Source of the DNA: an uncultured Elusimicrobiales bacterium
GTDB taxonomy: Bacteria; Elusimicrobiota; Elusimicrobia; Elusimicrobiales; Elusimicrobiaceae
NCBI GenBank assembly: GCA_944325055.1
Contig: CALUYP010000018.1
Coordinates: 667 to 64,666, forward strand
Direction: 5' to 3'
Length of the DNA stretch: 64,000 nucleotides
In this document: positions 43,341 through 52,064 of the stretch, one piece after another
Numbering within the stretch: position 1 is the first letter of the stretch
Layout of the letters: every line of letters starts with the position of its first letter
Program-made: the position numbers and the translations under genes
The notes under the pieces: model-generated
Told to the model about the DNA's origin: nothing
Seen by the model: the letters and a program-made list of their open reading frames with translations, nothing else
The model's database searches: none

Positions 43341-44027
43341 TTACGCAGCGTTTATCGCTTTCTCCAATATATAGTTTACTATAATTCGCCATATATTAAT
43401 GGTTCCCAACAAAATATTCTTTCCGGCTTGCACAAGCCACACCGTTTCCGGAAAAAGCGCCTTTAATACTAGCGCCAGCACCACCAAATTCGCCAGCATA
43501 ATCATCACAACGGAAAAAATTTTCCCGCCGGCTAATTTTAAATCAGGCTGATCCGCCTCAAACAACGTCTTAAACGTTTGAATAAAATGAAAGGCCGTAA
43601 AAAAACCAATCACAAACAAAAACACTTGCCGATAAGGCGTTACGTCCACAAATAAATCGGCAATCATATACACAAAAGCTACCACAATCACATACCCCGG
43701 CACAAAATACGGAGCCAATACCACCAGCGTATTACAACGGTCCATCTTGACGTAGCCGCTTTTCTGGCCTACGGATACATCCTTGATCCGGCATCCGCAC
43801 AACAACGCCGCTAAGGCGTGCGTCATCTCGTGTGCAAATACATACGGCCTCGAAAAATCATAATATCCATAATGAATTGCACAATAAATTAAAACCCCCA
43901 TGATAAAACTGATCGCGGCAGAAACCTGCCCCAACACCGCCAACAAAATCCGTACGGTTTCGGCAAACGTCAAAACCGCCGTCGGCAAAAGCAAAAGGGC
44001 AATAAATAATTTAACCAAACGAATCAT
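43341..44027 (-). CDS. Membrane zinc metalloprotease-like protein (M50B-like, HExxH)
   Basis: A multi-TM protein with FAHEMTHALAALLCG. Its ATG 44027 overlaps the upstream stop (ATGA). Confidence 0.6.
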   Translation of the reverse strand: MIRLVKLFIALLLLPTAVLTFAETVRILLAVLGQVSAAISFIMGVLIYCAIHYGYYDFSRPYVFAHEMTHALAALLCGCRIKDVSVGQKSGYVKMDRCNTLVVLAPYFVPGYVIVVAFVYMIADLFVDVTPYRQVFLFVIGFFTAFHFIQTFKTLFEADQPDLKLAGGKIFSVVMIMLANLVVLALVLKALFPETVWLVQAGKNILLGTINIWRIIVNYILEKAINAA

Positions 44028-44725
44028 CAAAACTTCTCCGTCCACGCGTTTGTACTATATTGGGTGCGGGCCAATTCCTTCGCTTGCGCCACCCACGCTT
44101 CGGAGGCACGGTGCGGATGCAAATCCGCTGCCAGATAGGAACGCACCGCCGATATAACGGCATTTGTATAAGCGGGATTTTCACGCGCCTGCGGCACTTG
44201 CAAAGACCCTTGGTATAAAACGGTATTTCCGAAACGCCGCAAAGCGCCCCCTAAAATTTTATGTCCGTTTTCGGCTAACAGATCGTTTTCCACCGGATTG
44301 GAAAAACACGCACTGGCCGTATGATTGATACTGGGCGCATAGGCCGAAACGGACAGATTTTTATCAAAAATCCGTCCTTTCTCCCCCAGACGGTTTAATT
44401 GGGCATGTATGTGTGCGTGAAAATTTTTATAAATGTCGGCCGGGCGCCCGAAGGACGGAAATACCAGCGAAAACGTCAGATCCCCCTCGTGAAACACCAT
44501 TCCGCCGCCCGTGGGACGGCGGGCATACGGGCCGGTAAACTTCCGCTCCGCCAGCGCGCGGCGCACCTCGCTTATAAATTGGGCATACCCGAACGTTACC
44601 GCATCGTCCGCCGTCCAGCGATAAAGCCGCAGGGTAATTTCGTGCGGACGCGCGCGGACGATACATTCGTCCAGCGCCATTTGCTCAAACACGTTCATTG
44701 CGGGAGAGGATAATAAAATGTCCAT
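44027..44725 (-). CDS. Lipoate-protein ligase / octanoyltransferase family protein (BPL/LPL catalytic domain only)
   Basis: RRPTGGGMVFHEGDLTFSLV and the Lys-containing block GHKILGGALRR resemble LplA/LipM motifs. It lies directly downstream of the glycine-cleavage genes. Confidence 0.7.
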   Translation of the reverse strand: MDILLSSPAMNVFEQMALDECIVRARPHEITLRLYRWTADDAVTFGYAQFISEVRRALAERKFTGPYARRPTGGGMVFHEGDLTFSLVFPSFGRPADIYKNFHAHIHAQLNRLGEKGRIFDKNLSVSAYAPSINHTASACFSNPVENDLLAENGHKILGGALRRFGNTVLYQGSLQVPQARENPAYTNAVISAVRSYLAADLHPHRASEAWVAQAKELARTQYSTNAWTEKF

Positions 44726-44734
44726 ATTTTCAGC

Positions 44735-44761
44735 GGCCTCCGCCCGTTATGGGCGGAGGCC
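44735..44761 (-). promoter_or_regulatory. Perfect 11-bp GC hairpin sequestering the SD-like GGAGG upstream of the lipoate-ligase-like gene
   Basis: On the minus strand: GGCCTCCGCCC-ataac-GGGCGGAGGCC. GGAGG (44741-44737) lies in the 3' arm, 11 nt from ATG 44725. There is no U-tract. Confidence 0.35.
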
Positions 44762-44798
44762 GTTCCTTCTAGATTTTTACCTTCACAAACAGCCGTTT

Positions 44799-46247
44799 TT
44801 ACCACCGCAAGTTCGGCTCTCTGGCGGCGGAAACTTCGTCAATGCGGCACACGCATTGGCTGTGCGGTGCGTCTTTTACGGTTTGCGGCTCGGTCTGGAT
44901 TTCGTTATAAATTTTTTCCATGACCGCGACAAACGCGTCCAGCATTTGTTTGCTTTCGGTTTCCGTGGGTTCCACCATCATGGCTTCCGGCACAATCAGC
45001 GGAAAGTAAATGGTGGGGGCATAAAACCCGTAATCCAACAAGCGTTTGGCAATATCGGACGTATGCACGCCGTTCATTTCCGATGGATTAATGCTCAGCA
45101 CGCACTCGTGCATACACGCACAGTCAAAAAACGCATTGAATTTCCCTTTCAACGCCGCACGCACGTAATTGGCGTTTAAAACGGCATTTTCGGCAACCTC
45201 TTTCAATGTGTGATCGTCAAACTGCCGCAAATAACAATATCCGCGCAAACAAACGGCGATATTGCCATAAAATGCTTTCATTTTCCCTAAACTCTTGGGC
45301 ATTTTGCCACTCAGCGTATACTTGCCGTTCTTGCATTCCACTATGGGTTTGGGTAAAAACGGCGCGACGTGCGCGGCCGCCCCCACCGGGCCTGCCCCCG
45401 GGCCGCCGCCGCCGTGCGGCGCGGCAAAACTTTTATGCACGTTTAAGTGCATCAAATCCGCCCCTAGATCGGCCGGTTTAACAAGCCCCGCCAAGGCGTT
45501 AAAATTAGCGCCATCTAAATAGAAAAGTGCACCGGCTTTATGTACCATATCGGCAATTTCGCGGATGTCTTTTTCAAAAAGTCCCACCGTGTTGGGTACC
45601 GTCAGCATAACAACCGCCGTCCGGTCCGACAGGGCTTTTTGCAACGCTTCTTTATCCACACATCCATCTGCGGCAGATTTGATATTAATGACCGTATAGC
45701 CCGCCATATTCGCCGTAGCCGGATTCGTGCCGTGGGCCGTATCGGGCACGATCACTTCCGTACGTTTCAAATCTTTCCGTGCATCGTGATACGCGCGCGC
45801 CGTTAGAATGCCCGTCAGCTCGCCATGCGCTCCGGCGGCCGGCTGCAGTGTAAACGCCGCCAGCCCCGTTACTTTTTTGAGCAGTTCCTGGAAATCGTAC
45901 ATCATCTTCAACGTTCCCTGCACCGCCGATTCGGGAGTAAAAGGATGGATTTGGGTAAATCCGTCCAACGAGCTGAGCAAATCATACGCTTTGGGATTGT
46001 ACTTCATCGTACAAGACCCCAGCGGATAAAATTCGCCGTCCAGACAATAATTAAGTTCGGAAAGACGCGTAAAATGACGCACCGTTTCAAACTCGGAAAG
46101 CTCAGGCAGTTTGGGTGCGGTTTTGCGCAAATATCCTTCCGGCAAATAAGCCGACGCCGGCTTTTGGGCGGTTTCAAAACGCACGCCGCGCCGGCCAGGG
46201 CGGGATTTTTCCAAGGAAAGCTGATTGTGTGTTAAAATCGTTTCCAT
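44799..46247 (-). CDS. gcvPB: Glycine dehydrogenase (aminomethyl-transferring) subunit 2
   Basis: PLP-Lys block LNVHKSFAAPHGGGGPGAGPV. The start was trimmed to ATG 46247, one nt after the gcvPA stop codon (46249-46251). The ORF-track start at 46361 overlaps gcvPA. Confidence 0.9.
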   Translation of the reverse strand: METILTHNQLSLEKSRPGRRGVRFETAQKPASAYLPEGYLRKTAPKLPELSEFETVRHFTRLSELNYCLDGEFYPLGSCTMKYNPKAYDLLSSLDGFTQIHPFTPESAVQGTLKMMYDFQELLKKVTGLAAFTLQPAAGAHGELTGILTARAYHDARKDLKRTEVIVPDTAHGTNPATANMAGYTVINIKSAADGCVDKEALQKALSDRTAVVMLTVPNTVGLFEKDIREIADMVHKAGALFYLDGANFNALAGLVKPADLGADLMHLNVHKSFAAPHGGGGPGAGPVGAAAHVAPFLPKPIVECKNGKYTLSGKMPKSLGKMKAFYGNIAVCLRGYCYLRQFDDHTLKEVAENAVLNANYVRAALKGKFNAFFDCACMHECVLSINPSEMNGVHTSDIAKRLLDYGFYAPTIYFPLIVPEAMMVEPTETESKQMLDAFVAVMEKIYNEIQTEPQTVKDAPHSQCVCRIDEVSAAREPNLRW

Positions 46248-46248
46248 C

Positions 46249-47577
46249 TTAAATACCTCCCAGCGCATCGGCATACGCCTGCAAATCGGCCGCGGTTTTG
46301 GTTTCCGTAGCACAGACGAGAAGACAATTTTCCAACCCTTTAAAATCAGCTCCCAGCGCATATCCGGCGCTGATGCCTTTTTTTGCTAATTTTTTAATGA
46401 CTTGCTTGGCCGGAATCGGACATTCCAGTACAAATTCATTAAAGAACGGAGCCGTAAATTTCACTTTGAAGCCGGGAACTTTGCCCGCTAAATCCGCCAG
46501 CTGATGGGCGCGTTCCAAATTCAGTTCGGCGACTTCTTGCAAGCCTTTCGGTCCCAAGAGCGTCAGATAAATGACCGCGTTTAACGCACACAACGCTTCG
46601 TTGGAACAAATGTTGGAAGAAGCTTTTTCGCGGCGGATATGCTGTTCGCGCGCTTGGAGCGTCAGCACAAAGGCGCGGCGGCCGTTTTTGTCTTTGGCAA
46701 TTCCCACAATGCGGCCCGGCAATTGGCGCATATACATTTTTTTCGCCGTCATAATGCCCAGCCCCGGGCCGCCGAAGTTCATCGCGTTGCCCAAGGGCTG
46801 CCCTTCGGCTACGGCAAAATCGGCATTGTACGATCCCGGCGTTTGCATCACGCCCAAGGCCACGGGATTGACCACCGCCGTCAGCAATGCGCCGGTTTGA
46901 TGGACGCGGGCGGAAACTTCTTCGGCTCGTTCCAAACAGCCCCAAAAGTTCGGCGTCGCCAGCACGAAACAAGCGGTTTTATCGGACAGCTTTTTGGAAA
47001 GCGCGTCCAAATCAAGAGTACCGTCCGCCCCAACGGGAGACTCTTTCACTCGGACGCCTTCCTGATGGCGCACATACGTTTTAAGCACTTCTTTGTAATG
47101 CGGATGAAGCGCGGCGGAAATCAAAATTTCTTTTCGCCCCGTAATACGCAAACACGCCATTGCGGCTTCCGCCAGCGCGGTAGCACCGTCGTAATGGGAA
47201 GCGGTCGCCACATCCATATCAAACAACGAGCAAACGCAGCTTTGAAACTCATAAATCGTTTGCAGTGTGCCTTGGCTGGCTTCAGCCTGATAAGGCGTAT
47301 ATGCGGTTAAAAATTCGCCGCGCGACGAAAGCGCCCCCACCGCCGCCGGAATAAAATGTTCGTAAATACCTGCGCCAATAAAATTTTTGAGCGGTTGATT
47401 ACGGGCAGCCAATTCACGTACGTGGGCGGAAAGTTCCTGCTCCGTAAGCGCTTTGGGCAAACCCAAGGCAGGATATAAAAGCTCCTGCGGAATTTTTGAA
47501 AGCAGTTCTTTGACCGAGGAAACACCGATTTTTTGAAGCATTTCTTCGCGGTCTTGAGAAGTGTGAGGGATAAACAT
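46249..47577 (-). CDS. gcvPA: Glycine dehydrogenase (aminomethyl-transferring) subunit 1
   Basis: MFIPHTSQDREEMLQKIGVSS... is a typical GcvPA N-terminus, and the protein contains YTPYQAEASQGTLQ. The start was trimmed to ATG 47577. Confidence 0.9.
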   Translation of the reverse strand: MFIPHTSQDREEMLQKIGVSSVKELLSKIPQELLYPALGLPKALTEQELSAHVRELAARNQPLKNFIGAGIYEHFIPAAVGALSSRGEFLTAYTPYQAEASQGTLQTIYEFQSCVCSLFDMDVATASHYDGATALAEAAMACLRITGRKEILISAALHPHYKEVLKTYVRHQEGVRVKESPVGADGTLDLDALSKKLSDKTACFVLATPNFWGCLERAEEVSARVHQTGALLTAVVNPVALGVMQTPGSYNADFAVAEGQPLGNAMNFGGPGLGIMTAKKMYMRQLPGRIVGIAKDKNGRRAFVLTLQAREQHIRREKASSNICSNEALCALNAVIYLTLLGPKGLQEVAELNLERAHQLADLAGKVPGFKVKFTAPFFNEFVLECPIPAKQVIKKLAKKGISAGYALGADFKGLENCLLVCATETKTAADLQAYADALGGI

Positions 47578-47634
47578 AATTAAAAGTCCTTGCGAAAATC
47601 CCCCGCACAAGCGGGGGATAAGTAAAAAGTACGC

Positions 47635-48015
47635 TTATTTGCCCAGCGTTGCTTTATAAGCTTTCAGATCCAACAGATTTTCGTATTCGGCCGGCGCGGT
47701 CATTTTAATCTTAAACAGCCAGCCGTTTCCGTGCGGTTCGCGGTTGACAAGAGCGGGATCGCCGTTTAAGGCTTCGTTTACTTCCACCACCTCGCCGCTG
47801 ACAGGCGCATAAATTTCGGAAGCGGATTTGACCGATTCAATCACACAGCAATTTTGACCGGCAGTTACCTGTTGTCCCACCTTGGGAAGATCCACAAAAA
47901 CGATATCGCTGATTTCTTCTTGTGCGTGGTTGCTAATACCTACGGTGGCAATGTCGCCTTCCATATGGACCCATTCGTGTGTTTTGGTAAAACGGCAATT
48001 TTCTTCGGTATACAT
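47635..48015 (-). CDS. gcvH: Glycine cleavage system H protein
   Basis: 126 aa with the lipoyl-Lys motif VIESVKSASEIYAP. Confidence 0.92.
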   Translation of the reverse strand: MYTEENCRFTKTHEWVHMEGDIATVGISNHAQEEISDIVFVDLPKVGQQVTAGQNCCVIESVKSASEIYAPVSGEVVEVNEALNGDPALVNREPHGNGWLFKIKMTAPAEYENLLDLKAYKATLGK

Positions 48016-48031
48016 AATTATCTCCTTTCGG

Positions 48032-49114
48032 TTAAACCCGGTTTTTATAAAAGGGGGTTTTAACTACTTCGGCTTTGGCGCGTCTGCCGTGGATTTCTAT
48101 TTCCACTTCCGTCCCCGGCACCGCCGCATCCGCCGCCAGATAGCCAACGGCAATTCCTTTAAATAACGGCGAAAACGTGCCGCTGGTCAGAACGCCTTTT
48201 TCTTCCGCGCCTGCAAACACTTTGCATCCCGCACGCGGTACGCCGGGGCTTTTAAGCACAAAGCCGGTCAGTTTCTCCTTTACCCCCTGTGCCTTCTGCG
48301 CCGCCAACGCGTCTTTTCCTACAAAATTTTCTTTCGCTAATTTCACTACCCAGCCGCAAGACGCTTCATACGGCGTGCGGGTCTGGTCGGCGTCGGCGCC
48401 GTTGAGCAGATATCCGGCCTCCAGCCGCAGCACGTCGCGCGCGCCCAAGCCGCACGGTTTCACGCCTTGCGCCAAAAGTGCGTTCCACAACGCTTCAATC
48501 TGAGCGTTGGGCAACATGATTTCTACACCGTCCTCACCGGTGTATCCGGTGCGCGTCAGATAACCTTTTGCACCGAATAGTTCAATCTCCACAATATGAA
48601 ATCGCGCAATATCTTTAGCCTGCGGCAAAAGTTTCGCCACTTGTTCCAACGCCTGCGGGCCTTGAACGGCGATCATGGCCCATTGAGCGCTTTCGTTGCG
48701 GACGGTAACGTCAAATTTTTGGGCTTGTTTTTCAAACCAGGCAAAATCTTCCGCCACGCAGGCCGCATTGACAACCACCAAAAACTTTTCCGGCGTTAAA
48801 CAAAACGAAATGGCGTCGTCAATAATCGTGCCTTTTTCGGTCAGGATATGGGAATACACGCCCGCACCCGGTTCGTTTTTGATGTTATTGCAATTGACGT
48901 ATTGCAAAAAAGGCCAAGCGTCTTTCCCTTCCACAAAAATCTGCCCCATATGGGAAACGTCAAACATACCGGCGGCTTCGCGCACGGCTTTGTGTTCGGC
49001 GATGATCCCTTCAAACTGCACGGGCAGCAGCCACCCGTGGAAATCCACCATTTTCCCGCCGGCTTTTTCGCAGGCAGCGCAAAGCGGAGTTTTTTGTAAA
49101 TCGGTTTGGTTCAC
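48032..49114 (-). CDS. gcvT: Glycine cleavage system aminomethyltransferase T
   Basis: LQKTPL...GGKMVDFHGWLLPVQF is a typical GcvT N-terminus. GTG 49114 is preceded by GGAGG with a 6-nt spacer. The ATG at 49141 is an alternative start. Confidence 0.9.
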   Translation of the reverse strand: MNQTDLQKTPLCAACEKAGGKMVDFHGWLLPVQFEGIIAEHKAVREAAGMFDVSHMGQIFVEGKDAWPFLQYVNCNNIKNEPGAGVYSHILTEKGTIIDDAISFCLTPEKFLVVVNAACVAEDFAWFEKQAQKFDVTVRNESAQWAMIAVQGPQALEQVAKLLPQAKDIARFHIVEIELFGAKGYLTRTGYTGEDGVEIMLPNAQIEALWNALLAQGVKPCGLGARDVLRLEAGYLLNGADADQTRTPYEASCGWVVKLAKENFVGKDALAAQKAQGVKEKLTGFVLKSPGVPRAGCKVFAGAEEKGVLTSGTFSPLFKGIAVGYLAADAAVPGTEVEIEIHGRRAKAEVVKTPFYKNRV

Positions 49115-49177
49115 AGGACGCCTCCAAAAGTATACGTTCATTGTATAAAATTTAACCGTTTTTTATACAATATACAT

Positions 49178-49903
49178 ATGGCAGATACCCAAAGCGTCAT
49201 CAGCGATGTTAAATTGTTTATCGAACGGCTCAAAAAAGAGCTGCCGGAAGTGTTCGGCCAGCCGGACGCCAAACCGGGCGCAGCGGCCCCAGATACCGCT
49301 TCCGCGCCCGAAGGCAATAAAGTGCTTTACAACGGGGACTTGTTGGAAGCCCGTATGTATCTAACGCCCGACCAGGAAGAAGGCGTCGCTTTTGACGGCA
49401 CGGTTTTCCATATTTACCTGCACACCAAAGACTCCGACCCTTCCGCTCTGGTAACGGATTGGCTGTGCAACAAAGCCAACGAAACCTTAAAAGCTAAAAC
49501 CAAAGAATGGGCCGAGAAAATCGGCGTGGAATTTAATAATATCGTCATTAAAGATCAAAAAACCTGCTGGGCGAGTTGTTCCGGCAAAAAAAATATCAAT
49601 TATTCGTATCGCATCGTCAAAATGCCGCTGGCCGTACAGGATTATTTAATGATTCACGAACTATGCCATTTAGTGCATATGAACCACGAGTAGGAATACT
49701 GGCAGTTGGTGGCTCAATACAGCCCCGATTACAAAAGCCACCGCCGGTGGTTAAACGAAAATAAAGGATCCATTTTTGCAGAAGTGGAACTGACCTACCG
49801 TGAAGAAACGGAAGAACAACCGGAAGAAAATAAGGGCCCCACGTCTCCGTCCGAACCAGAGTCGCCGCCCGAAGAAGATTTCCACCGAGAAGAAAATCAT
49901 TAA
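49178..49903 (+). pseudogene. YgjP/DUF45 (M48-like, HExxH) metallopeptidase gene interrupted by in-frame TAG at 49691-49693
   Basis: The N-terminal fragment ends ...IHELCHLVHMNHE-TAG. The same frame then continues EYWQLVAQYSPDYKSHRRWLNENKG, which is the family's conserved C-terminal block. One terminator follows the second fragment. Confidence 0.7.
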
Positions 49904-49908
49904 TTTAC

Positions 49909-49934
49909 CCCCGGCGTAAAGACCGGGGTTTTTT
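49909..49934 (+). terminator. Rho-independent terminator after the split YgjP-like gene
   Basis: CCCCGG-cgtaaaga-CCGGGG followed by TTTTTT. Confidence 0.8.
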
Positions 49935-49945
49935 ATGCTTCCAAG

Positions 49946-49976
49946 AAAAACCGCCGGCTGTAAAAATAACCGGCGG
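49946..49976 (-). terminator. Rho-independent terminator after the secreted S1-like gene
   Basis: On the minus strand: CCGCCGG-ttatttttacag-CCGGCGG followed by TTTTTCTTGG. Confidence 0.65.
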
Positions 49977-50022
49977 CTTATAGGAGACCCCCTCATCCCT
50001 GGCTTTAGGAGAGGAAGCAAAT

Positions 50023-50793
50023 CTAACGCAAAGAAAGTAATTCTCTTTTATGTTCGTCTCGGACTAAAGAAAAAGACGTCTCCGCAATGCGTCCGCTTGG
50101 GGAAATTGGCAATCGGGCAGGGACCTCCTGCACCAGTGCAACCAACTTTCCCCCATAAAAGAAAGGATCCCCCACTTGCAGCTTATTTTCGGTCCCGGTA
50201 ATACGATTTGCTCTGTTTGATACAACTCCCCGACTGACAAAAAAATGAAGTAACTCGTCTAAAATATCGTTCCCAAAAGTTTCCGCCAAAGTTTGTCCGT
50301 ACGGAACGGATCCCAATGGAACTCCGGTTAAGCCCTCCGTCAGCCGGGCCGACACCCTTATCTCAGCCAAGTCTCCATAAACAAATACACTCTTTTCGGT
50401 CCCCTTGCCGCGTTTCCCATTTGAAAAAGTAAGACGCACTCCCTTCAACGAAAATCCATCCGCAGCTTGCAGACAAGCGGCCGGCACAAGTACGCGGCGT
50501 TCTCCTTCCGCTAATACCCCGCGGCAAGAAGTAGCTTTTTGTTTGCTTTGAATGAGCGCATCTTTAAATCCCGGACGCCGGCGGGAAACCATATCGCTTA
50601 AATAAACGGCTTTTTCCCATTGAAAATTTAAATCCACCACCGCAGACTGCATGCGGTGTTTTTTCTCAGCGCTGATTACCGCCCGTTCAACGGCGGGTTT
50701 CAGATTTTCCGTGGTTTGTGCCGTCACCCGACCGAACAATCCAAACATCGCCACCAAAATGACTAACGAAGTAATATAAATTTTATTTTCCAT
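50023..50793 (-). CDS. Secreted hypothetical protein, degenerate trypsin-like (S1/PA-clan) fold suspected
   Basis: Signal peptide/TM ITSLVILVAMFGLFGRVTA|QT. CRGVLAEGERRVLVPAACL resembles the GxGxxx...ilTnaHV block, DLAEIRV the Asp block, and VGDPFFYGGKLVALV the GnSGGP...GkvvGi block. Confidence 0.5.
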   Translation of the reverse strand: MENKIYITSLVILVAMFGLFGRVTAQTTENLKPAVERAVISAEKKHRMQSAVVDLNFQWEKAVYLSDMVSRRRPGFKDALIQSKQKATSCRGVLAEGERRVLVPAACLQAADGFSLKGVRLTFSNGKRGKGTEKSVFVYGDLAEIRVSARLTEGLTGVPLGSVPYGQTLAETFGNDILDELLHFFVSRGVVSNRANRITGTENKLQVGDPFFYGGKLVALVQEVPARLPISPSGRIAETSFSLVRDEHKRELLSLR

Positions 50794-50860
50794 AAGATCC
50801 TCTCTTTTTTGTTGTTAATGATATTATACAAAAGTTAGGATAAACTAACAAGTGTTTTAT

Positions 50861-50891
50861 AAAAAAAATAATACCCGTCAATAAAACGGGC
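50861..50891 (-). terminator. Weak rho-independent terminator after chrA pair
   Basis: On the minus strand: (G)CCCGT-tttattg-ACGGG(T) followed by ATTATTTTTTTT. Confidence 0.45.
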
Positions 50892-50928
50892 ATTTATGAA
50901 TTAAAATAGAGTTAGTTTAAACTATCTT

Positions 50929-51453
50929 TTAATAAACCAGAAACCCCAGCACGCCACACGCGGCGATCACGCCGATCGGCCCTATCTTATATTTCCACAC
51001 CGCCAAAAAAGCTGCCAAGAAAAAGAACAGGCTTTTAAGATCTACAAAATTTTCGCCATTACACAATACCAACGCCGCCGCCGCAATTAGTCCAATAACC
51101 GCCGGCCGCAGCCCGGAAAAAACCGCTTCCACTGAAGGAGATTTTTGATATTTCAAAAAGAATTTGCTCACCGCCAGCATTAAAATAAATGATGGCAAAC
51201 AAACGGCAAATGTAGCGATAAACGCCCCCCACACGCTGTCCGCCGCTGTGTAGCCCGTATAGGTAGCCATATTGATTCCCACCGGGCCGGGCGTTACCTG
51301 GCTGATGGCTACTACATCAGTAAACTCGGCCGTTGTCAGCCACGCGTGTTTATACACCACTTCGTTTTGGATAAACGAAATCATCGCGTATCCGCCGCCA
51401 AAATTAAACAGACCTATTTTAAAAAAAGTAACAAACAATTTCCAATAAATCAC
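50929..51453 (-). CDS. Chromate transporter (CHR) family protein, short-chain, second of pair
   Basis: FKIGLFNFGGGYAMISFIQNEVV..., 174 aa, hydrophobic. There is a 4-nt overlap with its partner. Confidence 0.8.
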   Translation of the reverse strand: MIYWKLFVTFFKIGLFNFGGGYAMISFIQNEVVYKHAWLTTAEFTDVVAISQVTPGPVGINMATYTGYTAADSVWGAFIATFAVCLPSFILMLAVSKFFLKYQKSPSVEAVFSGLRPAVIGLIAAAALVLCNGENFVDLKSLFFFLAAFLAVWKYKIGPIGVIAACGVLGFLVY

Positions 51454-51992
51454 GGAGTTCTCCGTTTACACCGCGCATATAAAAATCCGCCCAAACCCGC
51501 GGCCAAAATAATGTATACCGGGGACACCTTTAACAACCACACCAATCCCGCACAAACTGCCGGAATCCAAACCGTTCTATATGTAATACCTGCTGTCTTG
51601 GACAGATTAAACACCGGCACGGCAATTAATGCCACCACCGCCGGACGAATCCCCATAAAAATACGCTGGACGATTGGGTTGTGTTCGTATTCGTTAAAAA
51701 AAAGCGCAATCAGCAAAATAATCACAAAAGAAGGCAGCGCCGCCCCCAATGAAGCAATTACGCTGCCCCAAAAATTTTTAATTTTATAACCGGCTAAAAT
51801 CGCCACATTAATGGCCAAAATACCCGGCGCGGCTTGGGCTACGGCCACACAATCTAAAAATTCCTTGCGATCCAGCCACGCTTTTTTATCTACGATTTCT
51901 TTTTCAATCAGCGGCAGCATTGCGTATCCGCCGCCTAAGGTAAACGTGCCGATTTTAGCAAAAATCCAAAATAAAATTAAAAAATCTTTCAT
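51450..51992 (-). CDS. Chromate transporter (CHR) family protein, short-chain, first of pair
   Basis: FAKIGTFTLGGGYAMLPLIEKEIV..., 180 aa. It pairs with the downstream half-size homologue. Confidence 0.8.
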   Translation of the reverse strand: MKDFLILFWIFAKIGTFTLGGGYAMLPLIEKEIVDKKAWLDRKEFLDCVAVAQAAPGILAINVAILAGYKIKNFWGSVIASLGAALPSFVIILLIALFFNEYEHNPIVQRIFMGIRPAVVALIAVPVFNLSKTAGITYRTVWIPAVCAGLVWLLKVSPVYIILAAGLGGFLYARCKRRTP

Positions 51993-52028
51993 CTTGTATA
52001 TTGTAGCATTTGTCCAAAATTCGGCCAG

Positions 52029-52052
52029 AAAAAACCCGCCTGAAGGCGGGTT
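52029..52052 (-). terminator. Rho-independent terminator ending the mre-mrd-rng-amidase cluster
   Basis: On the minus strand: AACCCGCC-ttca-GGCGGGTT followed by TTTTTCTGG. Confidence 0.75.
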
Positions 52053-52064
52053 ATAAAGTGAAAG

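Noticed and set aside
46639-47310. 223-aa plus-strand ORF, and the 177-aa minus-strand out-of-frame ORF at 46439-46972
   Set aside because: Both overlap gcvPA in other frames. They are Arg/Gly-rich shadow frames in a GC-rich gene.
49691-49693. Idea that TAG is reassigned to a sense codon genome-wide
   Set aside because: TAG terminates trmL (34103-34105), rplQ (61787-61789) and mrdA (57307-57309) at positions that match the normal C-termini of those families. TAG is therefore a genuine stop in this organism.
50913-50924. Perfect 12-bp palindrome TAGTTTAAACTA just downstream of the chrA stop
   Set aside because: It is AT-rich and short, occurs once only, and would form only a 4-bp stem. It is most likely chance.
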